From assembly GCA_963666735.1 (NCBI GenBank), contig OY762926.1, positions 512,001-576,000 on the forward strand: a DNA stretch of 64,000 nt, in the 5' to 3' direction. Shown one piece after another: positions 1 through 9,080 of this stretch. Positions within the stretch are counted from its first letter, which is position 1. The number at the start of each line of letters is the position of its first letter. The position numbers and the translations under genes were made by a program. The notes below the pieces were generated by a model. It ran no database searches. It saw nothing but the letters and a program-made list of their open reading frames with translations, and was not told where the DNA came from. The DNA is from Gemmatimonadota bacterium (GTDB lineage: Bacteria; Gemmatimonadota; Gemmatimonadetes; Palauibacterales; Palauibacteraceae).

Positions 1-410
1 TCGTGCCGCTGGAAGTGGAGCGCGCGCCGGAGGGGTTCGGGTTCCAGGTCGCGCTGGGAGAACGGTGGCGTACGCGCGGTGTGACGTGGAACGCTTCGCT
101 GTTCGGGCGCGACGGTCTCTGCACGGCCTATCTGGGCGGCGGTCTCGATCCCGGTGTCGCCCCTTGGGACGCAGCCCGACTCGAGGGAACCGCGGCCGAG
201 GAGTACAGCGCGATCCATGGAGTGGCGGCGACCCCGATCTGTACGGCGCGGCCGCGGCTCCCGGCGTATGACGGCTCGTGGACGGCGCTGGACGGACTCG
301 AGCTTCCCCCCGGCATCACGCTCGCCGCCGGCTACACCGGCCGGCTGGGCATCTCGAGTCGGATCGCCGAAGCCGAATCCGTGGCGGAACGTCTCGCCGG
401 GCGTACATAG
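1..410 (+). CDS. hemY: Protoporphyrinogen/coproporphyrinogen oxidase (HemY/HemG)-like FAD oxidoreductase, C-terminal part (5' end outside window)
   Basis: C-terminus 'LPAYD...LPPGITLAAGYTGRLGISSRIAEAESVAERL' resembles the HemY C-terminal motif (LAGNY.G.GI..CI..G..AA); adjacent to hemE. Confidence 0.55.
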   Translation, partial: VPLEVERAPEGFGFQVALGERWRTRGVTWNASLFGRDGLCTAYLGGGLDPGVAPWDAARLEGTAAEEYSAIHGVAATPICTARPRLPAYDGSWTALDGLELPPGITLAAGYTGRLGISSRIAEAESVAERLAGRT

Positions 411-447
411 CGCCGTCCCGGCTGCCGGCGTTCCCGCGGGAACGTGC

Positions 448-1470
448 TCAGCGGTTCTCGCCCGGCGGGCTCCGGTGCCGCACCTCGTCGACGACGGCGG
501 CGATCACCTCCGGGTCGGAATCCGGGTGGAGACCGTGCCCGAGGTTGAAGACATGGCCGGGCCGGCCGCCGGCGCGGCGCAGCACGTCAAGCGCCCCGGC
601 GCGCGCCGCCTCCTCGCCCGCGAGGATGCACGCGGGGTCGAGGTTCCCCTGTATCGCGCGCTCCGGGCCGATGATGTCCCATGCCTCGTCGAGGGGTGTG
701 CGCCAGTCGACGCTGATCGCATCGCCCCCCGCCTCCGCCACCGCGGCGTGCGTGGCGCCGTAGTGCACGGTGGGGATGCCCCTCTGGCGGAGTCGCTCCA
801 GCAGGCGGCGTGAGTACGGGAGCACACGCGCCCTGTAGGTGTGAGGATCGAGGATGCCGCACCAGGAATCGAACACCTGGATCGCGCCCGCGCCGGCCTC
901 GTACTGAGCGACCGCGAACTCCGCCAGGTGCTCGGCCCAGAACCCCGCGAGCCGGTCCCAGAGTTCGGGAGACCGCAGCATGAAGGCCCGCAGTTGCGCA
1001 AGCCGGCTGTCACGCGTGCCGCGCGCGAGGTACGAGCACAGCGTAAAGGGGGCGCCCACGAAGCCGACGATCGGGCGTTCCTCGTCCTCGGCGAGGAGGC
1101 GGATCGCCTCGAGCACGAACTCGAGGCGATCCCGCGGCTCGAAGGGACGCAGACGTTCCACGTCCTCGAGGCCGCCCCAGGGGGGGAGGGGAACGGGTCC
1201 GACGCCGGCCTGCAGTTCGATCTCGATCCCGGCGGCCTCGAACGGCGTCGACAGATCCATGAAGAGGACGAGCGCGTCCACGTCGAAGTACTCGAGCGGG
1301 AGTCGTGTGACCTGCGCGGCCGCCTCCGGGTCGCGCACGATCTCGAGGAACCCGCGCTCCCGGCGAAGTTCGCGATAGGCGGGGAGGGAGCGTCCCGCCT
1401 GCCGCATGAACCACACGGGCGTTCGCTCCACAGGTTCGCGCGCGAGTGCGCGCAGAAGGAGATCGTTCAT
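448..1470 (-). CDS. hemE: Uroporphyrinogen decarboxylase
   Basis: 'RTPVWFMRQAGRSLPAYR', 'IQVFDSW', 'IQGNLDP', 'HVFNLGHG' signature motifs. Confidence 0.97.
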   Translation of the reverse strand: MNDLLLRALAREPVERTPVWFMRQAGRSLPAYRELRRERGFLEIVRDPEAAAQVTRLPLEYFDVDALVLFMDLSTPFEAAGIEIELQAGVGPVPLPPWGGLEDVERLRPFEPRDRLEFVLEAIRLLAEDEERPIVGFVGAPFTLCSYLARGTRDSRLAQLRAFMLRSPELWDRLAGFWAEHLAEFAVAQYEAGAGAIQVFDSWCGILDPHTYRARVLPYSRRLLERLRQRGIPTVHYGATHAAVAEAGGDAISVDWRTPLDEAWDIIGPERAIQGNLDPACILAGEEAARAGALDVLRRAGGRPGHVFNLGHGLHPDSDPEVIAAVVDEVRHRSPPGENR

Positions 1471-1479
1471 GGCCCGCCG

Positions 1480-1508
1480 ATGTTACCCCGTCGCCCGCCG
1501 CTCGCCAA
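1480..1508 (-). promoter_or_regulatory. Putative sigma70 promoter of hemE (leaderless-type)
   Basis: Minus strand TTGGCG-17 nt-TAACAT, 9 nt before the ATG at 1470; no Shine-Dalgarno. Confidence 0.5.
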
Positions 1509-1517
1509 ACCGCCCGG

Positions 1518-1546
1518 TTGGACCGGTGTGCGACCTGTCGTAGCTT
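1518..1546 (+). promoter_or_regulatory. Putative sigma70 promoter of the deacylase gene
   Basis: TTGGAC-17 nt-TAGCTT, followed by AGGGGA SD before the ATG at 1586. Confidence 0.5.
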
Positions 1547-1585
1547 TCGGCCCACGACTTCGGATCTCTCACAGGGGAAGCGATC

Positions 1586-3334
1586 ATGAACCGCCGTGAC
1601 CTTCGCACGCTCCTTGTCGCCGCCGTCCTCGGGTTCGTGCACGTCGCGACCGTGGCCGCCCAGGAGCCCGCATTCGATATCCTGCTGCGCGGCGGACGCG
1701 TCCTGGACGGCACCGGGAATCCGTGGTTCCGCGCCGATGTCGGGATCCGCGGCGGGCGCATCGTCCGGGTCGGAGACCTGGCCGACGCCGGCGCCGACCG
1801 CGTCATCGAACTCGATGGGCGCTACGTCGTCCCCGGCTTCATCGACATTCATTCCCACGCGGACCAGGGACTCGACGCGGCGGGAGACGCCGGCAGCGAG
1901 GGCGCGCGCCGGCGAGCCGCGCCCAACCTCGTGAGCCAGGGCGTGACGACGGTCGTCGTGAACCAGGACGGCCGGTCTCCCTGGCCCATCGCCGATCAGC
2001 GCGCCCGGCTCGAGTCGCGCGGCCACGGGCCCAACGCGGCGCTCATGGTCGGGCACAACACGATCCGCGCGATGGCGCTCGGCGACGATGTCATGCGTCC
2101 CTCGACACCCGCCGAGGTCGAGCGCATGACCGCACTGGTGGAGCAGGGGATGGCCGAGGGCGCGTACGGCCTCAGCGCGGGACTCGAGTACTTCCCGGGG
2201 ATCTGGAGCGAGACCTCGGAACTCTTTCCCCTCGTCGAGGCGGCGGGTCGCGGAGGCGGCCTCTACATCGTGCACGAGCGCAGTTCCGGGATGACGCCGA
2301 TGTGGTTCTGGCCGAGCCAGGACGACCCGGGACCGCCGACCATGATCGAGACCATCATCGAGGACATCGAAGTCGCGGAGCGGACGGGCGTGACGACGGT
2401 GGCGACGCACATCAAGGCGCGCGGCTCCGATTTCTGGGGGGCGGGAAGGGCGCTCGTCGACCTGATCGAGCGCGCCCGGGCGCGCGGCGTTCCGATCTGG
2501 GCGGACCAGTACCCGTACAACACGACGGGGAGCGACGGGAACACGGTCCTTCTCCCGCGCTGGATCTTCCCCGGGGGTGGGCCCGGCGGCGGACCCGGCG
2601 GACCGCGCGCGGACGTCGACTATGCGGCGGCGCTCGGGGCGGCGCTCGCCGATCCCGAACACGGCGAGCAGGTGCGCCTCGACATCGAGCACGAGATCGG
2701 GCGGCGCGGGGGGCCGGAGAACCTCGTGGTCATGGACCACCCGGATGAGAGTCTGGTCGGCAAGACGGTGGCCGATCTGGCGGCGGAGTGGAACGCGTTC
2801 CCCGTCGATGTGGCGATCCGCCTGCAACTCGAAGGGGACCGCATGAGAGCGGGTGGCGCCCGCGTGCGCGGCTTCTCCCTCTCCGAGATCGATGTCGAGG
2901 AGTTCTCGGCTCATCCGTGGCTGGTGACGGCCTCCGACGCCGGGATCGCGCTCCCGGACGACGGACCCGTGCATGCCCGCTTCTACGGCACCTTCCCGCG
3001 AAAGATCAAACGCTACGCGATGGACCTGGACGTGCTGTCGGTGGAGAGTGCGGTCCGTTCGATGACGACGCTCCCGGCCCAGCTCATGGGCCTCCGCGAC
3101 CGCGGTCTCATACGGGAGGGGCTCATGGCGGATATCGCGGTGCTGGACCTCGCAGAGCTGCAAGACAACGCGACCTTCTTCGAGCCGCACCAGTATCCGT
3201 CGGGCGTCGATTTCGTGCTCGTTAACGGCACGTTCGTGGTTGACGATGGCGACCTGACGTGGGCTCTCCCCGGCGCGGTCCTCACGCCGCCCGGCGGTGG
3301 GGGCTCGAACGCCGACGGGACGTCGGGATGCTGA
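1586..3334 (+). CDS. Secreted N-acyl-D-amino-acid deacylase (amidohydrolase family)
   Basis: Signal peptide; 'GGRVLDGTGNPWFRADVGI', 'PGFIDIHSHAD', 'ADQYPY', 'HARFYGTFPR', 'DRGLIREGLMADIAVLD'. Confidence 0.9.
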   Translation: MNRRDLRTLLVAAVLGFVHVATVAAQEPAFDILLRGGRVLDGTGNPWFRADVGIRGGRIVRVGDLADAGADRVIELDGRYVVPGFIDIHSHADQGLDAAGDAGSEGARRRAAPNLVSQGVTTVVVNQDGRSPWPIADQRARLESRGHGPNAALMVGHNTIRAMALGDDVMRPSTPAEVERMTALVEQGMAEGAYGLSAGLEYFPGIWSETSELFPLVEAAGRGGGLYIVHERSSGMTPMWFWPSQDDPGPPTMIETIIEDIEVAERTGVTTVATHIKARGSDFWGAGRALVDLIERARARGVPIWADQYPYNTTGSDGNTVLLPRWIFPGGGPGGGPGGPRADVDYAAALGAALADPEHGEQVRLDIEHEIGRRGGPENLVVMDHPDESLVGKTVADLAAEWNAFPVDVAIRLQLEGDRMRAGGARVRGFSLSEIDVEEFSAHPWLVTASDAGIALPDDGPVHARFYGTFPRKIKRYAMDLDVLSVESAVRSMTTLPAQLMGLRDRGLIREGLMADIAVLDLAELQDNATFFEPHQYPSGVDFVLVNGTFVVDDGDLTWALPGAVLTPPGGGGSNADGTSGC

Positions 3335-3861
3335 CCGGGCGGGGCGCCGTCGCCCTCGTCGCGCTGATCGGACTCGGTTGCGGGGGGGCGGATGAGGCGG
3401 CGGATCGCGGCGCCACAGTGAGCTACACGGACGCGGTGCCCTCGGGTGCGAAACCGGCGCCCGAAGACGTCTTCCGCACCCTGGACGGCGGCGAGGCGAG
3501 CCTCCGCGACCTGCGGGGCAGCGTGGTCGTCGCGAACCTGTGGGGCACCTGGTGCCTCCCGTGCCGCGACGAGTTGCCGGAACTCGTGGAGTTGGCCCGC
3601 ATCTACGACGACCGGCCCGTCGTCATCCTCGGACTCGCCGTCGATTCGGGCGACATCGACGAGATCCGTGCCTTTCTCGAGGACTTCGGCGTCGAGTACC
3701 CGAACTGGATGATGGGGATGGATGACGCCGTTGCCACCTTCGGAGCCGTGGGGTTTCCGACCACGGTGATGGTGGACGCGGATGGCTGGATCCGGAAGGA
3801 ACTCCTCGGTCCCCAGACCGCCGCATCGCTGACCGAGGAGATCGAAGCCCTCCTCCGCTGA
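3328..3861 (+). CDS. TlpA/ResA-family thiol-disulfide oxidoreductase lipoprotein
   Basis: ATG 3328 overlaps the upstream gene end; lipobox 'GLGC'; 'VVANLWGTWCLPCRDELPEL' CxxC; 'GFPTTVMVDADG'. Confidence 0.9.
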   Translation: MLTGRGAVALVALIGLGCGGADEAADRGATVSYTDAVPSGAKPAPEDVFRTLDGGEASLRDLRGSVVVANLWGTWCLPCRDELPELVELARIYDDRPVVILGLAVDSGDIDEIRAFLEDFGVEYPNWMMGMDDAVATFGAVGFPTTVMVDADGWIRKELLGPQTAASLTEEIEALLR

Positions 3862-4001
3862 CGCCGGCAATGTCTCGTAGTCAGCGCATTGACCAACCCA
3901 TTCGGGGGGAGCCAAGCTTGTTCTTGAGATTCGGCCTTGCAGGTGCCGACGAAACCGAAGGGAGAACGTGCGATGACCAGGGTCAAGCAGATTCTCCGGC
4001 C

Positions 4002-4181
4002 ATGATCCTCTCCACTCTCATCATCTTGACGGGCGCTGTCGGCGACGCCCGGGCACAATGCGACGACTACTGTCCTTTCGACTCCGGCAACGCTTTCACC
4101 CACTGCGAGGAGCCAGATATCGGTGCGGCCACATGCTACTACGACGATGGCCACTACTACGCCGACTTCGGGGGTTGTTGA
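4002..4181 (+). CDS. Small secreted Cys-rich peptide (59 aa; 41-aa mature part with 5 Cys); true start possibly ATG 3973 with a 1-nt frameshift
   Basis: MILSTLIILTGAVGDARA|QCDDYCPFDSGNAFTHCEEPDIGAATCYYDDGHYYADFGGC: hydrophobic stretch, A-x-A cleavage site; SD GGGAGA upstream of ATG 3973. Confidence 0.6.
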   Translation: MILSTLIILTGAVGDARAQCDDYCPFDSGNAFTHCEEPDIGAATCYYDDGHYYADFGGC

Positions 4182-4228
4182 GGTCGACTAGCCCGGCGGG
4201 ACTCGCGCGGTGGTCCTGCGGCCCGAAG

Positions 4229-5335
4229 GTGGACCGACCGCGATCGCGGCTAGCGGGCAGCGCGAGCGTGGGGCTCGCGTGTGTCAGCCTGGCGGCGTGC
4301 GGTGTGAACTCCAGCGAAGACCCTGATCGATCCCTGTGGCGTCCGGCCGAGTTGGAGCGAGTGCGTACGATCGTCCGGCAGGACGCGAGCGAAGCGACAG
4401 CCTGGCTCGGACGGGTGTGGGATCTTCGTCACGATCCAGTCACGGACCATCTCCTGGCTCGGGATATCCACGACCATCGTATCGTCGAATTCACGACCAG
4501 CGGAGAATTCGTGGGTTACTTCGGGCAGTTCGGTGAGGGACCGGGAGAGATGCGCAACCTCCGGGTTTTCGAGGTGTGGAATGACCATGTGATCGCGCTG
4601 GACCAGGGGAACGGCAAGCTCGTCGTTTTCGATCGTGCCACTCGCCGGCTGAAGACCGAAGTTTCCCTGGACCGCTTCGCCAGGGACATCACGATACTGG
4701 GCGATACGCTGGCGGCGGTCATGCCCGGCCCGAGCGGAGCGTTGTACGAGCTGTTCGAGCCCGGCGGGCGCAACCTGGGCGTGGTTGGAGACGGGGGATT
4801 CGTCGCCGCCCCCCGCAGGACGTGTTCGATCACGAGCATTGGCCGGGAGTTGATCGCCATCATGAAGCCCGAGGTGCCGGAGGGACGGATTTACCGACTC
4901 GACGGAAATCTCTACGACGCCTTCGCGTTTACCGAACTCAACCACGTTCTGCACGAGTGGCGAGAGGATTTCCTCGAGCATATCCGTCGAGCGTCGGGCA
5001 TGGCAGCTGCCGGTGGCGAAGGACGGATCGCGGCTGGCAAGCTATGGGCTGGAACGGCAACCGGGGCTCTCGGCGGCGGCTCGTTCTTCGTAAACGCGAA
5101 CCCCGAAAACATGGACGTGAACCCGGCGGAATTCTGGGTGCTTGACTGCCGCGGACGCGTCACGAAGCGATATGTTTTCGACCGCCCAAGAATCGTGGCC
5201 TCCACCGTCTCGGGCCGGAGGATCTTCGCGCTCGGCACTGGCCGTGAGTTCGGCGTTTATGAGTATCGCCTGCCCGCCGACGGCATTCCGCGTCCGGGGA
5301 GTGCTGCGGCGACCGGACGTTCGAATCAGTGTTGA
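4229..5335 (+). CDS. 6-bladed beta-propeller (NHL/BF3164-like) lipoprotein
   Basis: Lipobox 'SLAAC'; 'RIVEFTTSGEFVGYFGQFGEGPGEM' is the typical G.GPGE blade motif. Start uncertain (GTG 4229, or TTG 4178 overlapping the peptide stop). Confidence 0.8.
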   Translation: MDRPRSRLAGSASVGLACVSLAACGVNSSEDPDRSLWRPAELERVRTIVRQDASEATAWLGRVWDLRHDPVTDHLLARDIHDHRIVEFTTSGEFVGYFGQFGEGPGEMRNLRVFEVWNDHVIALDQGNGKLVVFDRATRRLKTEVSLDRFARDITILGDTLAAVMPGPSGALYELFEPGGRNLGVVGDGGFVAAPRRTCSITSIGRELIAIMKPEVPEGRIYRLDGNLYDAFAFTELNHVLHEWREDFLEHIRRASGMAAAGGEGRIAAGKLWAGTATGALGGGSFFVNANPENMDVNPAEFWVLDCRGRVTKRYVFDRPRIVASTVSGRRIFALGTGREFGVYEYRLPADGIPRPGSAAATGRSNQC

Positions 5336-6102
5336 CCTCGATTCGTTCGCCCGGGTTTCTGTGACAGATCCCAACAGGGCTTCTCTACCTCTGCTTGGCG
5401 TCGTGCGGCGGAGACGCCCCTGACGACCCGGATCCATCCCTCTCGCGTCCCATCGAGTTGGAGCGCGTCCGCACGATAGTGCGCCAGGACGCCAGTGACG
5501 CGACAGCCTGGCTCGGGCGGATCCGGGATCTCCGCCACGATCCGGTGGAGGATCGTCTCCTGGGCGTGGATATCTATGACCAGCGCATCGTGGAATTCAC
5601 GATCGATGGGGCATTCGCGGGGTCCTTCGGGCGTTACGGAGAGGGTCCTGGAGAGCTGAGGAAGGTTGCGGCCTTCGAAGTCACGGGGCGCCATGCGGTG
5701 GTGCTGGACGACACGCTGGTTGCCGTTATGCCCGGCCCAGAGGGCACGCTGTACGAGCGGATCGGGGTTGACGGGCGGAAGACGGTGCGCCGAGCATCGG
5801 GGATGGTCGCGGCCGGGGGTGGAGGACGAATCGCGGCGGGCCGATTGTGGGCGGGAACGAACACCGGAGCCCTTCGCAACGGGTCTTTCTTCGCGAGCGC
5901 GATCCCCGAAAACATGGACGTGAACCCGGCGGAATTCTGGGTACTCGACCGCTACGGACGGGTCCGGCAGCGATACGTTTTATTTGATCGTCCCCTGATC
6001 GGAATCTCGACCGCATCGTTCCCCAGAGTATTCGCGGTTGGCCTGAGCCATGAGTTCGGCGTGTACGAATACCGTCTGCCCGCTGATCAGGACCAGCCTT
6101 AG
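5329..6102 (+). pseudogene. Decayed tandem paralog of the 6-bladed beta-propeller lipoprotein
   Basis: Strong similarity to 4229-5335. In-frame TGA at 5362-5364 inside the signal peptide (MLTSIRSPGFL*QIPTGLLYLCLASC); two in-frame deletions (about 33 and 68 aa) relative to the first copy. Confidence 0.75.
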
Positions 6103-6122
6103 TTAGTCGGCTCTGATCCGGG

Positions 6123-7877
6123 TCAGACAAGCTGCTGACCCTGGTAGAGGCGGGCGTAGAGTTCGCAGCGATCGATCAGCGCGTCGTGCGGGCCGCTGTC
6201 GACGAGGCGTCCCCGGTCGAGGACGAAGAGCCGGTCGGCGCGCCGCACCGTGCGCAGGCGGTGGGCGATGATCACGGTCGTCCGCCCCTCGGCGGCGAGT
6301 TGCAGCGCCTCCTCGACCAGCGCCTCGCTCTCGGCGTCCAAACCGCTCGTCGCCTCGTCGAGGATGAGGATCTCGGGTTCCTTGAGGAGGACGCGGGCGA
6401 TCGCGATCCGCTGGCGCTGTCCGCCGGAGAGTCGGACGCCCCGCTCGCCGACCCGCGTCTCGTAGCCGTCCGGCAGCCGCTCGATGAATTCGCGCGCATG
6501 CGCGGCCTCCGCCGCCGCCTCGACCGCCCCGCGGTCCGCGTCCGGCCGCCCGTACGCGATGTTCTCCCCGATGGTGCCGGCGAAGAGCGGGTGATCCTGC
6601 GGCACGATGCCGACCCGCGATCTCAGGTCCGCGACGCCACAGGCCCGGACGTCGGTTCCGCGTACGCGCAGGTTTCCCTCGGTCACATCCCAGAAACGGG
6701 GGATGAGTGAGGCGAAGGTCGTCTTCCCGGCGCCGCTCGGACCCACGAGCGCGACGACCTCCCCAGGCTCGATCGTGGCCTCGATCCCCTCCAGGGCCCA
6801 CGGTTCCTCGGCGCCGTAGCGGAACGAGACGCCGTCCAGGGCGATCTCCGGCGGGCCTCCGCCCGCGAGCGATGTCGGCGCTTCCGGATCCGTGATCTCG
6901 CTGTCGCGGTCGAGCAGGTCGAACACGCGGCGCGCGGCGCCCTGCGCCTCCTGGTACGAACCCCACAGCGACGCGAGCGCCATGATCGCCGCCGCGACGG
7001 AGAAGGCATAGAGGAGGAACGACACCAGTTGCCCGGCCGTGATCTGGGCCGCGAGCACGAGCCGCCCGCCCTGCCACAGGACGGCGACGATCCCGCCGAA
7101 GGCGACGACGGTGAGCACGCCGAAGAGGAGCGCCCGCACGACCGCCCGCGAGAGCGCCGCCTCGAGCGCCGTAGCGATTCCGGCCCGGTAGCGCCGGGCC
7201 TCCCACTCCTCGCGCACGAACCCCTGCACGACTTCGATCTGGCCGAAGGCCTCGTCCGCGACCGCGTGGGCGGCGGCGAGACGATCCTGCACCTCGGTAC
7301 TCCGCCGCCGGAGAAGGCGGCCGAGCGCGAAGCCCGCCAGCACGACGACGGGGGCCACCGTCAGCGTCGTGAGCATCAACTGCCAGTGCAGGAGCGTAAG
7401 CAGGACCGCCGCACCCACCAGAAAGAGCACCTGCCGCACGAGTTCGGCGATCTGGTGCCCCATGATCTGCTGGAGCGTCGAGCAGTCGGAGGCCAGTCTC
7501 GAGGTGAGTTCGCCGCTGGTTCGGTCCGCGTGGAAGCCGGGAGAGAGCCCGACCAGTTTGGAGAAGAGTTCGTCGCGCAACTGCGTCACGACCCGCTCGC
7601 CCGTCGCCCCCAGCCAGTAGGTCTCGCCGAAGTTGAACACGCCCTGAAGCGCGAAGAGGCCCAGCAGTCCGAGCGCGATCGCACCCAGCAGGGCGGGGTC
7701 GCCCTCACCGAAGGCCGCGTCCATCAGGTAGCGGACGATGAGGGGGAAGGCGAGCCCGATCGCGGTGCTCAGAAGCAGGCAGACGCCGGCCCCGGCGAGC
7801 GCCGGGCGGTAGGCCCGCAATCTCGGTGCGAGCCGCTGGAGGGCGAACATCGAGATGCGTGCTCCGGAGTCCGACAT
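6123..7877 (-). CDS. ABC exporter, fused permease/ATPase (MsbA-like)
   Basis: N-terminal TM domain, Walker A GPSGAGKT, signature LSGGQRQR, Walker B ILILDEATS, IAHRL; SD GGAGAGG upstream of ATG 7877. Confidence 0.92.
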   Translation of the reverse strand: MSDSGARISMFALQRLAPRLRAYRPALAGAGVCLLLSTAIGLAFPLIVRYLMDAAFGEGDPALLGAIALGLLGLFALQGVFNFGETYWLGATGERVVTQLRDELFSKLVGLSPGFHADRTSGELTSRLASDCSTLQQIMGHQIAELVRQVLFLVGAAVLLTLLHWQLMLTTLTVAPVVVLAGFALGRLLRRRSTEVQDRLAAAHAVADEAFGQIEVVQGFVREEWEARRYRAGIATALEAALSRAVVRALLFGVLTVVAFGGIVAVLWQGGRLVLAAQITAGQLVSFLLYAFSVAAAIMALASLWGSYQEAQGAARRVFDLLDRDSEITDPEAPTSLAGGGPPEIALDGVSFRYGAEEPWALEGIEATIEPGEVVALVGPSGAGKTTFASLIPRFWDVTEGNLRVRGTDVRACGVADLRSRVGIVPQDHPLFAGTIGENIAYGRPDADRGAVEAAAEAAHAREFIERLPDGYETRVGERGVRLSGGQRQRIAIARVLLKEPEILILDEATSGLDAESEALVEEALQLAAEGRTTVIIAHRLRTVRRADRLFVLDRGRLVDSGPHDALIDRCELYARLYQGQQLV

Positions 7878-7899
7878 CGCGCCTGGCCTCTCCACCCGT

Positions 7900-7920
7900 C
7901 TATCTTCCGCTATCTTCCGC
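7900..7920. repeat. Exact 10-bp tandem duplication TATCTTCCGC x2 in the divergent ABC/ctaA intergenic region
   Basis: 7901-7910 is identical to 7911-7920. Confidence 0.7.
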
Positions 7921-7994
7921 GCCCCGGTGACTCCGGGAGGGACCGAAGTTCGCACGGGCCATGAAACCGGCGCAAACGCGCACCGGAACCGCTC

Positions 7995-9074
7995 ATGCCA
8001 TCACCTCCTCTTCAGATCGGATCGCGGCGCCATGCGCGGATCATCGCGGCCTGGCTTCTGGTCGGCTGCGCGCTCGTCGCGGCGACGCTCGTCGTCGGAG
8101 GCGTGACCCGCCTGACCGGATCGGGCCTCTCGATGGTCGACTGGGAGCCGGTGAGCGGCGTGGTCCCTCCGATGAGCGCCGAGGGGTGGGAGCGCGAGTT
8201 CGCCGCCTATCGCGACTCTCCGGAGTACCGGCTCGTGAACCGGGGAATGTCGCTGGCCGAGTTCAAGCGCATCTTCTGGTTCGAGTACGCGCACCGGCTC
8301 CTGGGGCGCGTACTCGGGCTCGTCTTCATCATCCCCTTCGCCGTCTTCCTCCTGCGGCGGATGCTTCCCCGACCCCTCATCCCCCGTCTCCTGCTCCTGT
8401 TCGCGCTGGGCGGCGCCCAGGGACTGCTGGGCTGGTGGATGGTCCGAAGCGGCCTCGTCGACATCCCTCGCGTGAGCCCCTACCGCCTGACCGCGCATCT
8501 CGCCCTCGCCGTCATCGTCTACGCCCTCACGCTCTGGACCGCGCTCTCGCTGCTGCGCCCCCCGGCGGAAGACGGGGACCCGGAGCCCGCGCGGGGTGCC
8601 CGCCTCGCCCGCGGATCCGCCATCGTACTCGGCCTTGCCGCGCTCACGCTGCTCTCGGGCGGCTTCGTGGCGGGCCTGGACGCCGGACTCGTCTACAACA
8701 CGTTTCCCCGCATGGGGGCCGGCTGGATCCCGCCCGGCCTCTTCGGGGCGAACCCGTGGTGGCTCAGCCCCTTCGAGGACCGCACGACCGTGCAGTTCAA
8801 CCACCGCATGCTCGCCATGCTCCTGCTCGGGAGCGTGACGGCTCTCTGGTGGGTGTGCGCGCGACACGTCTCGGGAGCGGCGAGAACGTGGGCCCACGCG
8901 GGCTTCGCGGCCGTCTGGGCGCAGGCGGCGCTGGGGGTCGCGACGCTGTTGCTCTTCGTCCCCATCCCCCTGGCGGCGCTCCACCAGGCGAACGCGCTCG
9001 TGCTCGTCACCGCGCTGCTGGGCCTGACCTTCGAACTCCGCCGCCTGGAAGGCTGCGGCGGCCGACAGGGCTGA
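7995..9074 (+). CDS. ctaA: Heme A synthase (COX15/CtaA, type 2)
   Basis: 'VGGVTRLTGSGLSMVDW', 'EFKRIFWFEYAHRLLGR', 'QGLLGWWMVRSGL', 'VQFNHR', 'LHQ'. Confidence 0.95.
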   Translation: MPSPPLQIGSRRHARIIAAWLLVGCALVAATLVVGGVTRLTGSGLSMVDWEPVSGVVPPMSAEGWEREFAAYRDSPEYRLVNRGMSLAEFKRIFWFEYAHRLLGRVLGLVFIIPFAVFLLRRMLPRPLIPRLLLLFALGGAQGLLGWWMVRSGLVDIPRVSPYRLTAHLALAVIVYALTLWTALSLLRPPAEDGDPEPARGARLARGSAIVLGLAALTLLSGGFVAGLDAGLVYNTFPRMGAGWIPPGLFGANPWWLSPFEDRTTVQFNHRMLAMLLLGSVTALWWVCARHVSGAARTWAHAGFAAVWAQAALGVATLLLFVPIPLAALHQANALVLVTALLGLTFELRRLEGCGGRQG

Positions 9075-9080
9075 GGCCCG

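Noticed and set aside
3870..4001. 103-aa version of the peptide ORF from ATG 3870
   Set aside because: No SD, non-coding-like composition, and it would bury the signal peptide; start 3973 or 4002 fits better.
5362..5364. Selenocysteine at the in-frame TGA of the second propeller
   Set aside because: Lies in a cleaved signal peptide, does not align to a Cys, no SECIS-like hairpin, and the gene shows other decay.
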